This document shows, piece after piece, positions 20,529 through 29,335 of a DNA stretch of 49,736 bases. Each line of letters starts with the position of its first letter. Within the stretch, counting starts at the first letter, position 1. Under the pieces are notes generated by a model. It saw only the letters and a list, made by a program, of their open reading frames with translations. It was not told the DNA's origin and ran no database searches. Position numbers and translations under genes: made by a program. Source of the DNA: Tolypothrix carrinoi HA7290-LM1 (GTDB lineage Bacteria > Cyanobacteriota > Cyanobacteriia > Cyanobacteriales > Nostocaceae); the NCBI GenBank assembly GCA_019358935.1, contig JAHHIK010000062.1:1-49736 (forward strand). Reading direction: 5' to 3'.

Positions 20529-22427
20529 ATGAAACGTTGGTTTTGTGGCTTATCATCAGCAATTGATAGTTCTGAAGCAAATCTTCCTAAACCCCTGGAT
20601 GGAGAAATGCTTTGGCAAGGAGTAAATCCCTTTTGGGTATGTGGAAATTGGGGAAAACAGCAAATTATTACGCTTTTTGAAGGTCCTGTCCGGTTGGCTA
20701 TAGTTGGTACTTGCCTAGAACCTTATGAGAGTTTGGTTGAATTGTTCCACAACGCTGTTAGAAGTCACGATTACAGCCGACTGATGAGATTACCAGGGAG
20801 CTATAACCTAATTGTGCAAGAAGAGGCTGACACTTATGTATTTACAGATATAGCTGGTCTTAGACCTGCGTTTTATGCAGAATATGGATCTTGTATTGCT
20901 TACTCCTCCTTGGGTGTCCCTTTACAACAATTGATCAAGGCAGAAGTAGATCCGTGCTGGCTTGCTAATTCTTTAATAGGTTTTAGAGCACCAAACTTAG
21001 TACAAAATCGCTCTCCTTTTCGCAATATACAGGCTGTTCCACCTGGTCACTATTTACAAATAACTTCCGGCAAACCGACGTGTAAGCGTTATTGGAATGC
21101 ACCGCAGGAATACAGTAGCTTCTCTGAGGCGGCTGAACAGTTGCGTGAGCAGCTACTAACTGCTGTCGAAGGTAGAGTTCGCTTATACGGCAATGTAACT
21201 AGCGACTTGAGTGGTGGTTTTGATTCAACCAGTTTGGCTCTAATAGCAGCAAAGAGCCTAGGGACGCAGGGTCATAACTTACATACAATAACCATTAAAG
21301 GCACTTCCTCTACTGAATCTGAAGACGTTAGATGGGCGAAGCACGCAGCTAGTCTTTACCCAAACATTGAATCTGTGATGATTGAGAGTCACGAGTATCC
21401 TGCGGAGTTGAGTGACCTGGAGTCAATCCCCCTGACAGATGCACCAGATCCAGTCGTATTTTCTCTAGGTTTAATTAGCTACTCGATGGGAGTTGTCAAG
21501 TCGAAAGGATCGAAACTTCATATGAGTGGGGAGGGTGGAGATCCAGTTCTTGCATCACATCCTTCCTATTTAGCAGATTTACTAAGACGTGCACAGGTAG
21601 GAGTATTTCTCCAGCACACTTATGGGTTGTCCCGAGTCAACAACTTGTCGCCAATCGCCTTAATGAGTAGTGCTGTAAGACTCAGTATTACTTCATATCG
21701 TCAGTGGCTACTTCAACAAGCTAAAAAAATTTTGACTGGACAATCGCATCAGCCGCTTAGAAGCAAGGAATCTATAAGTGCAGTCATAGGATGGCATTAT
21801 GCTTTGAATCCTGCTGCATGGTATACAAAAAGTTTTGTGGATTTAGTTGTAGCACAGCTACAGAGGTGGGCAACAGTTGCAACTCCTCTTACCGACTCTC
21901 CTGGGGAACATAGTTCTATAGATTTGATACAAAGGACTGGATTCACCAGCTTAGTTCAGCAGCAGGTAGCTGAAACTTATGATGTCAATTTAGAATTTCC
22001 CTATTTTGATTCGTTAGTAATTGATGCCTGTTTTAGTGCAAAGCCAGAGGAGCGGACAACTCCATTTGCATATAAACCGCTTCTCTCTAGAGCACTTGAG
22101 CGCGATTTACCGAAGAGTATTTTTACACGGACTAGCAAAGGTGATTACACAGGGGGTGAATTTGTCGGACTCCAACAAAATCTGCCGATAATCAATGAAG
22201 TTTTTCAGACCTCTTTCTTAGCTGATATGGGTCTGATTGATATCAGAGAACTTCGTAATTACATGGAACAGCTTAGTATGGGACTCGCTGCTTGTTCATT
22301 CCATTTCAATCAAACGCTGGCAATTGAGCTTTGGTTGCGCCGCGTGGCAGATGCTAGGAATAGTTTCTGGGAGCATTCGACTTTTGCAAATGTACCGCCA
22401 GAGGGGAATTTACAGACAGCATTCTAG
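20529..22427 (+). CDS. Lasso-peptide cyclase 1 (asparagine-synthetase-like, C protein)
   Basis: SDLSGGFDST ATP-binding motif, SGEGGD, PYFD, KPLL, R.SKGDY; no N-terminal Cys. Start MKRWFCG set by alignment with 24617. Confidence 0.9.
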   Translation: MKRWFCGLSSAIDSSEANLPKPLDGEMLWQGVNPFWVCGNWGKQQIITLFEGPVRLAIVGTCLEPYESLVELFHNAVRSHDYSRLMRLPGSYNLIVQEEADTYVFTDIAGLRPAFYAEYGSCIAYSSLGVPLQQLIKAEVDPCWLANSLIGFRAPNLVQNRSPFRNIQAVPPGHYLQITSGKPTCKRYWNAPQEYSSFSEAAEQLREQLLTAVEGRVRLYGNVTSDLSGGFDSTSLALIAAKSLGTQGHNLHTITIKGTSSTESEDVRWAKHAASLYPNIESVMIESHEYPAELSDLESIPLTDAPDPVVFSLGLISYSMGVVKSKGSKLHMSGEGGDPVLASHPSYLADLLRRAQVGVFLQHTYGLSRVNNLSPIALMSSAVRLSITSYRQWLLQQAKKILTGQSHQPLRSKESISAVIGWHYALNPAAWYTKSFVDLVVAQLQRWATVATPLTDSPGEHSSIDLIQRTGFTSLVQQQVAETYDVNLEFPYFDSLVIDACFSAKPEERTTPFAYKPLLSRALERDLPKSIFTRTSKGDYTGGEFVGLQQNLPIINEVFQTSFLADMGLIDIRELRNYMEQLSMGLAACSFHFNQTLAIELWLRRVADARNSFWEHSTFANVPPEGNLQTAF

Positions 22428-22575
22428 TGAAAACAGATGACGAAAGCTCCCGATGGAGGGCTAAGTGTCTGGAAGCTTGCATGTGAGAATTTTCAGGCGC
22501 AACACTTAGCTTTCACACATTAATGCGTTTTAAGCCACTTCAACTGAAGTTTTAGGAACAAAAGGAGAAAATAAC

Positions 22576-22845
22576 ATGGAACAAATTTGCATTCCACCGC
22601 ACGTTTCTACAACCTTTTTTAAGGATACTGCTGTAATATTAGATGCGCGAACAAACGTCTACCACGCATTAAATAATACTGCTGCCGATTTTTGGAAATA
22701 CCTAATGCAAAATGGTTCGTTCGAGAGTGCGCTCAATGAGGTGTTGGAATTGTATGACTATTCTTCAGATCTGATTAGAGAAGATATGGAGGATCTTGTT
22801 CGCTCCCTTCTTCATGCTGGACTACTTAAGAGGGTGCAAAGTTAA
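22576..22845 (+). CDS. RiPP recognition element (PqqD-like, lasso B1)
   Basis: 89 aa; AVILD....YHALN.TA..FW..L and D...LV..L..AGLL; AGGAG Shine-Dalgarno site. Confidence 0.88.
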   Translation: MEQICIPPHVSTTFFKDTAVILDARTNVYHALNNTAADFWKYLMQNGSFESALNEVLELYDYSSDLIREDMEDLVRSLLHAGLLKRVQS

Positions 22846-22927
22846 CTATAACTCAATCGAAAAATACAATGCCACCCTAACAAGATGTTGGCAACCGACC
22901 TTCTCATTATCAAACTGGAGAAATATC

Positions 22928-23347
22928 ATGAACACTGAGATGACGCTACAAACAATCAGTTTTAAGCTAACTTTGATAGAACGTTTGAAGGGTATATTTG
23001 CTGTAATCATTGCTTATATAGCTTTACGTTGTCTATCACTTTCAATGATCTGTAAAATTGTCGGTGTAGTAAAGCGTCTCTGCTCGCGTGAGATAGACGT
23101 TGAAGAAGCAGATATCGCGTGGGCGGCAGTGCGTCAGTCCAGCTTTTTCTTTTTAGGAAGGGTAGCCTGCCTAGAGTTATCATTGGCATTTGTTCTTTTT
23201 GCTCTCACTAAGGGTCTATCGGCAACGTGCTGTGTAGGTGTGGCAAATGAGCCATTTCGAGCACATTCATGGGTTGAGCTTAGTGGAAAACCCTTCCGTG
23301 AGCCTGACTATGTAGAACAGGATTTTAGTAAGTTGTTTGCAATCTAA
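22928..23347 (+). CDS. Lasso-peptide leader peptidase (transglutaminase-like, B2)
   Basis: ACLELSLA (Cys) and GV...PFRAHSWVE (His/Glu). Start chosen at MNTEM. Confidence 0.88.
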   Translation: MNTEMTLQTISFKLTLIERLKGIFAVIIAYIALRCLSLSMICKIVGVVKRLCSREIDVEEADIAWAAVRQSSFFFLGRVACLELSLAFVLFALTKGLSATCCVGVANEPFRAHSWVELSGKPFREPDYVEQDFSKLFAI

Positions 23348-23535
23348 CTAGGTAAAGTAAATTAAACATAATACTTACTACCTTAAAAACCCAATCTCTT
23401 TAAGAAACTGGGTTTCTCGATTTTTCGGTTTGTTTAAAGTTTATATACTTGACAAGAAGTGTAAGTTTGTTATGCTGCTCCTCTATGCATACATATGAAA
23501 CTTAACTCTTCAATTTGCTAAATAACAACACAATT

Positions 23536-23564
23536 ATGAGCTGTTGATTACCTCAACAGCCCAT
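23536..23564 (-). terminator. Stem-loop downstream of precursor A1
   Basis: Minus strand ATGGGCTGTTGA-ggtaa-TCAACAGCTCAT, 12-bp stem with one G-U pair. Confidence 0.55.
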
Positions 23565-23604
23565 GATTACAGTGCTACATTCTCCTAATCAAAAAGTTGA
23601 TAGA

Positions 23605-23730
23605 TTAGAAGAAAACTCTACCTCTATTGAAAATTATCTCACGTCGATTCAGAACATCGGCTGCCAATGTCGCCTTAATTGCATCACCCATTTGAATTAG
23701 TTGGGGTTTAGAGTATTGCTTCTTAGTCAT
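23605..23730 (-). CDS. Lasso-peptide precursor A1: MTKKQYSKPQLIQMGDAIKATL-AADVLNRREIIFNRGRVFF
   Basis: Translated by hand, 41 aa; leader YxxPxLxxxG and Thr at -2; Glu at core position 9; GAGGA Shine-Dalgarno site; leader nearly identical to A2. Confidence 0.88.
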   Translation of the reverse strand: MTKKQYSKPQLIQMGDAIKATLAADVLNRREIIFNRGRVFF

Positions 23731-23789
23731 GGCTTTATCCTCGAAAAGATTTACGTTTGTTTGTAGTTGAATTCGTCAACCACACTTTT

Positions 23790-23818
23790 AATTTAAGAGG
23801 TTATTAACTCAAATTCAA
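23790..23818 (-). promoter_or_regulatory. Putative sigma-70 promoter of precursor A1
   Basis: TTGAAT-17 nt-TAAATT on the minus strand; the TAAATT and a following small hairpin are retained upstream of A2. Confidence 0.4.
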
Positions 23819-24007
23819 TGGAAAATCTTGCGGTAGGATGGGATATTTCTTTGGTCTTGCTGAGTATTTTTGAAACTGATTATAAGTACTATGCAAAGAT
23901 TAATTAGATGTAGTTAAACGGTGCTACAAGCTGAAATTAATTACCCTATTTCTGCCAGAGACACTCATTGCAAAGCAGCCTGACAACAGGAATTTGACGG
24001 TGCTTAT

Positions 24008-24267
24008 TCAAGCCGCAGTTACATGACCCAACTCCTCTGGAGCGAGATAGGGATGAACCACCTGCCCATCTTTGCACCAGATGACTCTATGGGTACAACG
24101 GGCAACCTCTGGCTCATGAGTGACTACAACTACCGTCATACCACTAGCGTTTAACTGGGTGAAGATATGGAGGATTTCTCGAGTAGTATGAGAGTCCAAT
24201 GCGCCAGTGGGTTCGTCTGCAAGCAGGAGAACAGGGCGATTGACAATAGCACGGGCGATCGCCACTC
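24008..24267 (-). pseudogene. Duplicated 3' fragment of the efflux ABC ATPase
   Basis: Highly similar to the last ~85 aa of 27187-27894; no Walker A. Confidence 0.85.
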
Positions 24268-24298
24268 AGGTTGTTAGCAGTCTAACAATAATGTGAGA

Positions 24299-24403
24299 CG
24301 GCTGATTAAAGAGGGCATCCACCAGGAACTTTTGCGACGCAGAGGAGAGTATGCCACGTTTTGGAATATGCAAGCCCAGCAATATGGTGCTCATATAACT
24401 TGA
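24299..24403 (+). pseudogene. Duplicated 3' fragment of the lasso ABC exporter
   Basis: RLIKEGIHQELLRRRGEYATFWNMQAQQYGAHIT* matches 20210-20314. Confidence 0.85.
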
Positions 24404-24616
24404 GGAACCGTTCGGCACTCAGCAAAACCGAAGGAATATCCCATTTTATCGAGAGATTTTCCATTGAGACTAAGTCTTACACCCCTGTAAGTTAATAGTA
24501 TAGGCGATGACTCCAATTGTAGATATCACTCCTGTTTTGTAACAAGTTTTTGAATCACAAGAAAACCTTGTGCAATAAGATTAATTCACTCGATTAATAA
24601 CAGCAAGAAAAAATAT

Positions 24617-26452
24617 ATGAAACGTTGGTTTTGTGGCTTCTCATCAGTAATTGATAGTTCTCTAGCAACCCTTCCTCAACCGCTTGATGGAAAAATGCTC
24701 TGGGAGGGGGCGAATTCCTTTTGGGTGTGCGGAAATTGGGCAAAACAGCAAATTATCACGCTTTTTGAAGGTCCTGTTAAGCTGGGTATAGTTGGTACTT
24801 GCCTAGAACCTTATGAGAGTTTGGTGGAATTGTTCCAGAACGCTGTCAAAAAGCACGACTACAACCGACTGATGCGCTTGCCTGGTAGCTATAACCTGAT
24901 TGTTCAAAACGAGGCTGATACATATGTCTTTGTAGATGTGGCTGGTCTTAGACCAGTGTTCTATACAGAGTATAATTCTTGTGTTGTTTACTCCTCCTTA
25001 GGTGTTTCTTTACAACAGTTGATCAAGGCAGAAGTAGATCCGTGCTGGCTTGCTAATTATTTAGTAGGTCTTACAGCACCAAACTTAGTACAAAATCGCT
25101 CTCCTTTTTGCAATATACAAGCTGTTCCCCCTGGTCACTATTTGCAAATATCTTTAGATAAAGCAACCTGTAAGCGTTATTGGCATGGACCACAGGAATA
25201 CTGTAGCTTTTCTGAAGCCGCTGAACAGTTGCGTGAACAGCTATTAACTGCTGTCGAAGGTAGAGTTCGCTTATACGGCAATGTAACTAGCGACTTGAGT
25301 GGTGGTTTTGATTCAACCAGTTTGGCTCTAATAGCAGCAAAGGACTTAGCGAAGCAGGGGCAGAAGTTACATACAATAACCTTGAAGACCGTTTCAGCTA
25401 CTGAGTCTGAAGATGTTAAATGGGCACAGCATGCAGCTAGTCTTTACCCAAACATTGCACCTGTGATGATTGAGAATCATGAGCTTCCTGGGGAGTATAG
25501 TAATTTGGAGTCAATTCCTCTAACAGATGCACCAGAACTGGTCCTCACTTGTATAGGCCAAATCAGCAAGTTAATGGAAATTATAAGGTTGAAAGAATCT
25601 CAACTTCATATGAGTGGAAACGGTGGAGATGCAGTTCTTTTAGCCCCTCCTTCATATTTGGCAGACCTGTTAAGACGGGCACAGATAGGAACCTTTGTCC
25701 AACAAAGTTATGGGTGGTCTCGAATCAGCCATTCGTCGGTAGTAGACTTAATGAGTAGTGCCGTAGAACTGAGTCTAACTTCATATCATCAGTGGTTACT
25801 TCAACAATATAAAAAGCTTGTGGCTGGACAACTATCGTCCCAGCAGCTGATGAACCAGTTTATGGGATGGGATTTTCCTCCGGATGTCAGTAGTTGGTAT
25901 ACAAAAAAATCTGTGGATTTAGTTGTAGCAGATTTACAGACGTGGGCAACAGTCGCAACACCTTTTGCCGACTCTCCTGGGCAACATGAATCTATAGCGG
26001 TGATCCAATTGAACGGAATCGGTGCCAGAGTGCAGCAGCAGATAGCTGAAACTTATGATGTCAATTTAGAATTTCCCTATTTTGATTCTTTGGTAATTGA
26101 TGCCTGTCTCTGTGCAAGACCGGAGGAGCGCACAAATCCATTTAAATACAAACCGCTCCTCTCTAAAGCGCTGCACCGCGATTTGCCGCAGAGTATTTTT
26201 ACACGCACGACTAAAGGTAATTATACAACTGATGAGTTTATTGGCTTCCGGCAAAATCTGGCTGTCATCAACGAATTATTCCAGACTTCCCTCTTGGCTG
26301 ACATGGACTTGATTGATATAAGGGAGTTCCATGCTGCCATGAAGCAGTTTAGTATGGGAATTGCTGCTATTTCGCCAAATTTCTCTAAGACACTGGCAAT
26401 TGAACTCTGGCTACGCCGTGTGGTGGATGCTAGTAATAGTTTCTGGATATGA
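24617..26452 (+). CDS. Lasso-peptide cyclase 2
   Basis: Full-length paralog of 20529-22427; SDLSGGFDST, SGNGGD, R.TKGNY. Confidence 0.9.
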   Translation: MKRWFCGFSSVIDSSLATLPQPLDGKMLWEGANSFWVCGNWAKQQIITLFEGPVKLGIVGTCLEPYESLVELFQNAVKKHDYNRLMRLPGSYNLIVQNEADTYVFVDVAGLRPVFYTEYNSCVVYSSLGVSLQQLIKAEVDPCWLANYLVGLTAPNLVQNRSPFCNIQAVPPGHYLQISLDKATCKRYWHGPQEYCSFSEAAEQLREQLLTAVEGRVRLYGNVTSDLSGGFDSTSLALIAAKDLAKQGQKLHTITLKTVSATESEDVKWAQHAASLYPNIAPVMIENHELPGEYSNLESIPLTDAPELVLTCIGQISKLMEIIRLKESQLHMSGNGGDAVLLAPPSYLADLLRRAQIGTFVQQSYGWSRISHSSVVDLMSSAVELSLTSYHQWLLQQYKKLVAGQLSSQQLMNQFMGWDFPPDVSSWYTKKSVDLVVADLQTWATVATPFADSPGQHESIAVIQLNGIGARVQQQIAETYDVNLEFPYFDSLVIDACLCARPEERTNPFKYKPLLSKALHRDLPQSIFTRTTKGNYTTDEFIGFRQNLAVINELFQTSLLADMDLIDIREFHAAMKQFSMGIAAISPNFSKTLAIELWLRRVVDASNSFWI

Positions 26453-26681
26453 AGGGATTGGTATAGATAGCTTTTACTTCTTTTTTTACGAAACTGCTGT
26501 ACTATTAGACTCTAGAAAAAATGTTTACTATACTTTGAATGATAGCGCCGTTGAGTTTTGGAAATTCCTAGTGCAGAACGGTTCATTTGAGTGTGTGCTC
26601 AAAGAAGTGTTGGAATTATATGAAGATTCTTCAGATGTTATCAGCAAAGAGCAGTTGTATTCACAGCCACTTAATGCTTAA
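26427..26681 (+). pseudogene. Degenerate second RRE (B1) copy
   Basis: ETAVLLDSRKNVYYTLNDSAVEFWKFLVQNGSFE aligns with 22576-22845; native N-terminus and last helix are missing; no B2 copy follows. Confidence 0.75.
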
Positions 26682-26718
26682 GCAGAAGTTTCCCAGTCAA
26701 GGGGAAACTTCTGCTTAA
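26678..26718. terminator. 17-bp perfect inverted repeat between convergent units
   Basis: TTAAGCAGAAGTTTCCC-agtcaag-GGGAAACTTCTGCTTAA. Confidence 0.7.
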
Positions 26719-26788
26719 TTAAACTGTATTGCTCTAATTAAGGAAAGCAGTTTAGATCTTATCGGCTGGAAGATCCTTTTACTTACTA

Positions 26789-26911
26789 CTAAGGTCGGAT
26801 AAATGTACGCGCTCCAAACAAGTCGCGGTACCGCCCAAATATCCCCAATGTTGCCTTAATCGCATTACCAACCTCAATTAATTCGGGTTTAGAGTATTGC
26901 TTCTTAGTCAT
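26789..26911 (-). CDS. Lasso-peptide precursor A2: MTKKQYSKPELIEVGNAIKATL-GIFGRYRDLFGARTFIRP
   Basis: Translated by hand, 40 aa; YxxPxLxxxG leader, Thr at -2, core Gly1 and Asp8; AAGGA Shine-Dalgarno site; stacked stops TAG TAG TAA. Confidence 0.92.
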   Translation of the reverse strand: MTKKQYSKPELIEVGNAIKATLGIFGRYRDLFGARTFIRP

Positions 26912-27186
26912 GTTTTTATCCTTCAAAAGTTTAGGTTTATTTGTAGTTGAAATGCTCAGCTACACTTCTAAATTTAAGAGATTATAAACTCAAAAACATT
27001 GGAAAATATTGCGCTATGATAGGATATTTCTTCGGTCTTGCTAAGTAGTCTTGAAACTGATGATAAGTACTCTGCCAAAAAATAATTAGATCTAGTTGGA
27101 CGGCGCTGCAAGCTAACACTAATTACGCCATTTCTGCCACTCATTGCAAGGTAGTTTAACAATAACGTGAGTTCGAGGATGCTTAG

Positions 27187-27894
27187 TTAAACCGCAGTTA
27201 CATTACCCAACTCCTCTGGAGCAAGATAGGGATGAACCACCTGCCCATCCTTAAACCAGATGACGCGCTGGGTACAACGGGCAACCTCTGATTCATGAGT
27301 GACCATAACCACTGTCATACCACTAGCATTTAACTGAGTGAAGATATTGAGGATTTCTTTTGTGGTATGAGAGTCCAATGCGCCAGTAGGTTCGTCTGCT
27401 AGCAGGAGAACTGGATTATTGACAATAGCACGAGCGATCGCCACTCGTTGTTGCTGTCCACCCGATAGCTGATTGGGTTTATTGTGCAAGCGTTTTTCCA
27501 GTCCCACTCGCATCAACGCCTCAGTTGCCCAATCTCGCCGTTCGTCTAGGGGAACGCCCGCATAGACCATCGGTAGCATGACATTCTCCAGAGCACTCAA
27601 CTGGGGCAATAGGTGAAACTGTTGAAAGACAAAACCCAGTTTCAAATTACGGATGTGAGCCAAATCTTTGTCACCCAGATGGGCAACATTCACCCCATCC
27701 AAGTAGTAGCTTCCAGAAGAGGGGTGATCTAAGCAGCCAATGACGTTCATCATCGTGGACTTACCCGAGCCAGAAGCTCCCATAATGGCGCAATATTCTC
27801 CTGCTTCTACAGTCAAATTGACACCAGCAAGAGCATGAACTGTGGTTTCTCCAGAACCATAAACTTTTGTGATGTTTTTTAAGTGAATGCTCAT
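27187..27894 (-). CDS. ABC ATPase, MacB/LolD-like
   Basis: [34 protein letters not shown]. Confidence 0.92.
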   Translation of the reverse strand: MSIHLKNITKVYGSGETTVHALAGVNLTVEAGEYCAIMGASGSGKSTMMNVIGCLDHPSSGSYYLDGVNVAHLGDKDLAHIRNLKLGFVFQQFHLLPQLSALENVMLPMVYAGVPLDERRDWATEALMRVGLEKRLHNKPNQLSGGQQQRVAIARAIVNNPVLLLADEPTGALDSHTTKEILNIFTQLNASGMTVVMVTHESEVARCTQRVIWFKDGQVVHPYLAPEELGNVTAV

Positions 27895-27896
27895 GG

Positions 27897-29102
27897 TTAT
27901 GCACCTCTCAACGCAGCAATAGGATCAAGCCGAGCTGCTTGTCGCGCCGGTGCAACACCGAAAATTAAACCAATGCTACCGGAAACGCCTGCTGCTAACA
28001 AGATTGCCCCCACGGGTACTGTCGGTTTCAAAGGGGTCAAGATACCAACAATAAGTGCACCACTGACGCCAATGCCTGTGCCAATTAAGCCTCCTGCTAC
28101 TGAGAGGATAATTGCCTCAATCAAAAACTGCGTGAGGATTGCCTGTTGAGTTGCTCCTATTGCCTTCCGTAGTCCAATTTCCTGTGTACGCTCTGTTACA
28201 GACACCAACATAATGTTCATGATGCCAATACCACCAACTAATAAGGAGATACCTGCTATTGATGCCAAGACTAAGCTCAAAGCTCCCGTCACCTGACTGA
28301 CTAAGTCTTGAACCGACTTGTTTGCGGCAACCATAAAGTCTTTCTTGCCATGTCTGCGCGTGAGAATGTTGGTGGTTTGGAAAGCTGCTGCCCGGACGCT
28401 AGCTTTGTCCTTGGCAGAAAGTTCTAGGTAGTCAATGGGAATGCCATTGGGCGATCGCCTTCCTGCTAACTGACCTGCCATAGTAGTAATAGGCACGTAG
28501 GCTATCTCATCGGGATTATTACCCATGAAAGCTCCTTTGGCTTGCATCACCCCAACCACTTGAAAACTTAAGTTATTCATCTGCACTGACTGACCAAGAG
28601 GATTTTCGCTACCAAAGAGTTTGCGTGCGACTGCTGGTCCTAAGATGACAACTTGGGCATTTTGCTGTTGCTCAATGCGGTCAAAAAAGCGCCCCTGGCG
28701 AACACGTAGGTTTCGCACATAAAGAATTCCCGATGTTGTACCTGTTACATTTACTTTACTTATGCGTCCCTGACGGGATAATTGCAGGTTGCTACTAATC
28801 TGCGGGGCGGCTTCCTGGACGGCAGGTGCCTGCGTTGCTATTGCCTCAGCATCTGCCAAAACCAGTTGTGCAACCTCAGTGTTCACTCCCTCCGCATTCT
28901 CCCCTCCAGGAAAAACAGAGAGTTGATTTGGTCCAAAGGACTCCAACTTTTGCTGAGTAAACTGCTGTGCGCCTTGCCCGATAGCAACCATCGCAATCAC
29001 GGAGGCATTGCCAATGATAATACCGAGCATGGTGAGTGTACTACGGAGTTTGTTGGCAGTGAGCGTTTTAACTGCCATATTTGTACTTTCAAGTAGGTTC
29101 AT
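27897..29102 (-). CDS. ABC permease, MacB/FtsX-like
   Basis: LRSTLTMLGIIIG; GGIGIMNIMLVSVTERTQEIGLRKAIGA; PA..AARLDPI.ALR. Confidence 0.92.
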   Translation of the reverse strand: MNLLESTNMAVKTLTANKLRSTLTMLGIIIGNASVIAMVAIGQGAQQFTQQKLESFGPNQLSVFPGGENAEGVNTEVAQLVLADAEAIATQAPAVQEAAPQISSNLQLSRQGRISKVNVTGTTSGILYVRNLRVRQGRFFDRIEQQQNAQVVILGPAVARKLFGSENPLGQSVQMNNLSFQVVGVMQAKGAFMGNNPDEIAYVPITTMAGQLAGRRSPNGIPIDYLELSAKDKASVRAAAFQTTNILTRRHGKKDFMVAANKSVQDLVSQVTGALSLVLASIAGISLLVGGIGIMNIMLVSVTERTQEIGLRKAIGATQQAILTQFLIEAIILSVAGGLIGTGIGVSGALIVGILTPLKPTVPVGAILLAAGVSGSIGLIFGVAPARQAARLDPIAALRGA

Positions 29103-29335
29103 GGTTTTGGTTTATGGGGATTCTTACATCTTGCACTTGGGAAAATAAATGTCAAAGTCATTACATATTATTTGACTCCGTTCTCGTCACGGGACTGTAA
29201 GTCCCGCCGCTTATAGCCGAAGTCCATTTTAAGGGACTGAAACTGGAACTAATTCATGAGTATATTTAAACACTATTTAATGCAAATATTAGTGGTTTAC
29301 TCGTAATGGTGCAAGATATTAGGATTGAAACAAAA

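Noticed and set aside
20529..26452. Annotation as ordinary asparagine synthetases
   Set aside because: No N-terminal catalytic Cys; RRE, B2 peptidase and lasso-type precursors are adjacent.
26361..26681. Functional second RRE of 106 aa
   Set aside because: The N-terminus is an alternate frame of the cyclase end and the last RRE helix is missing; residual function is not fully excluded.
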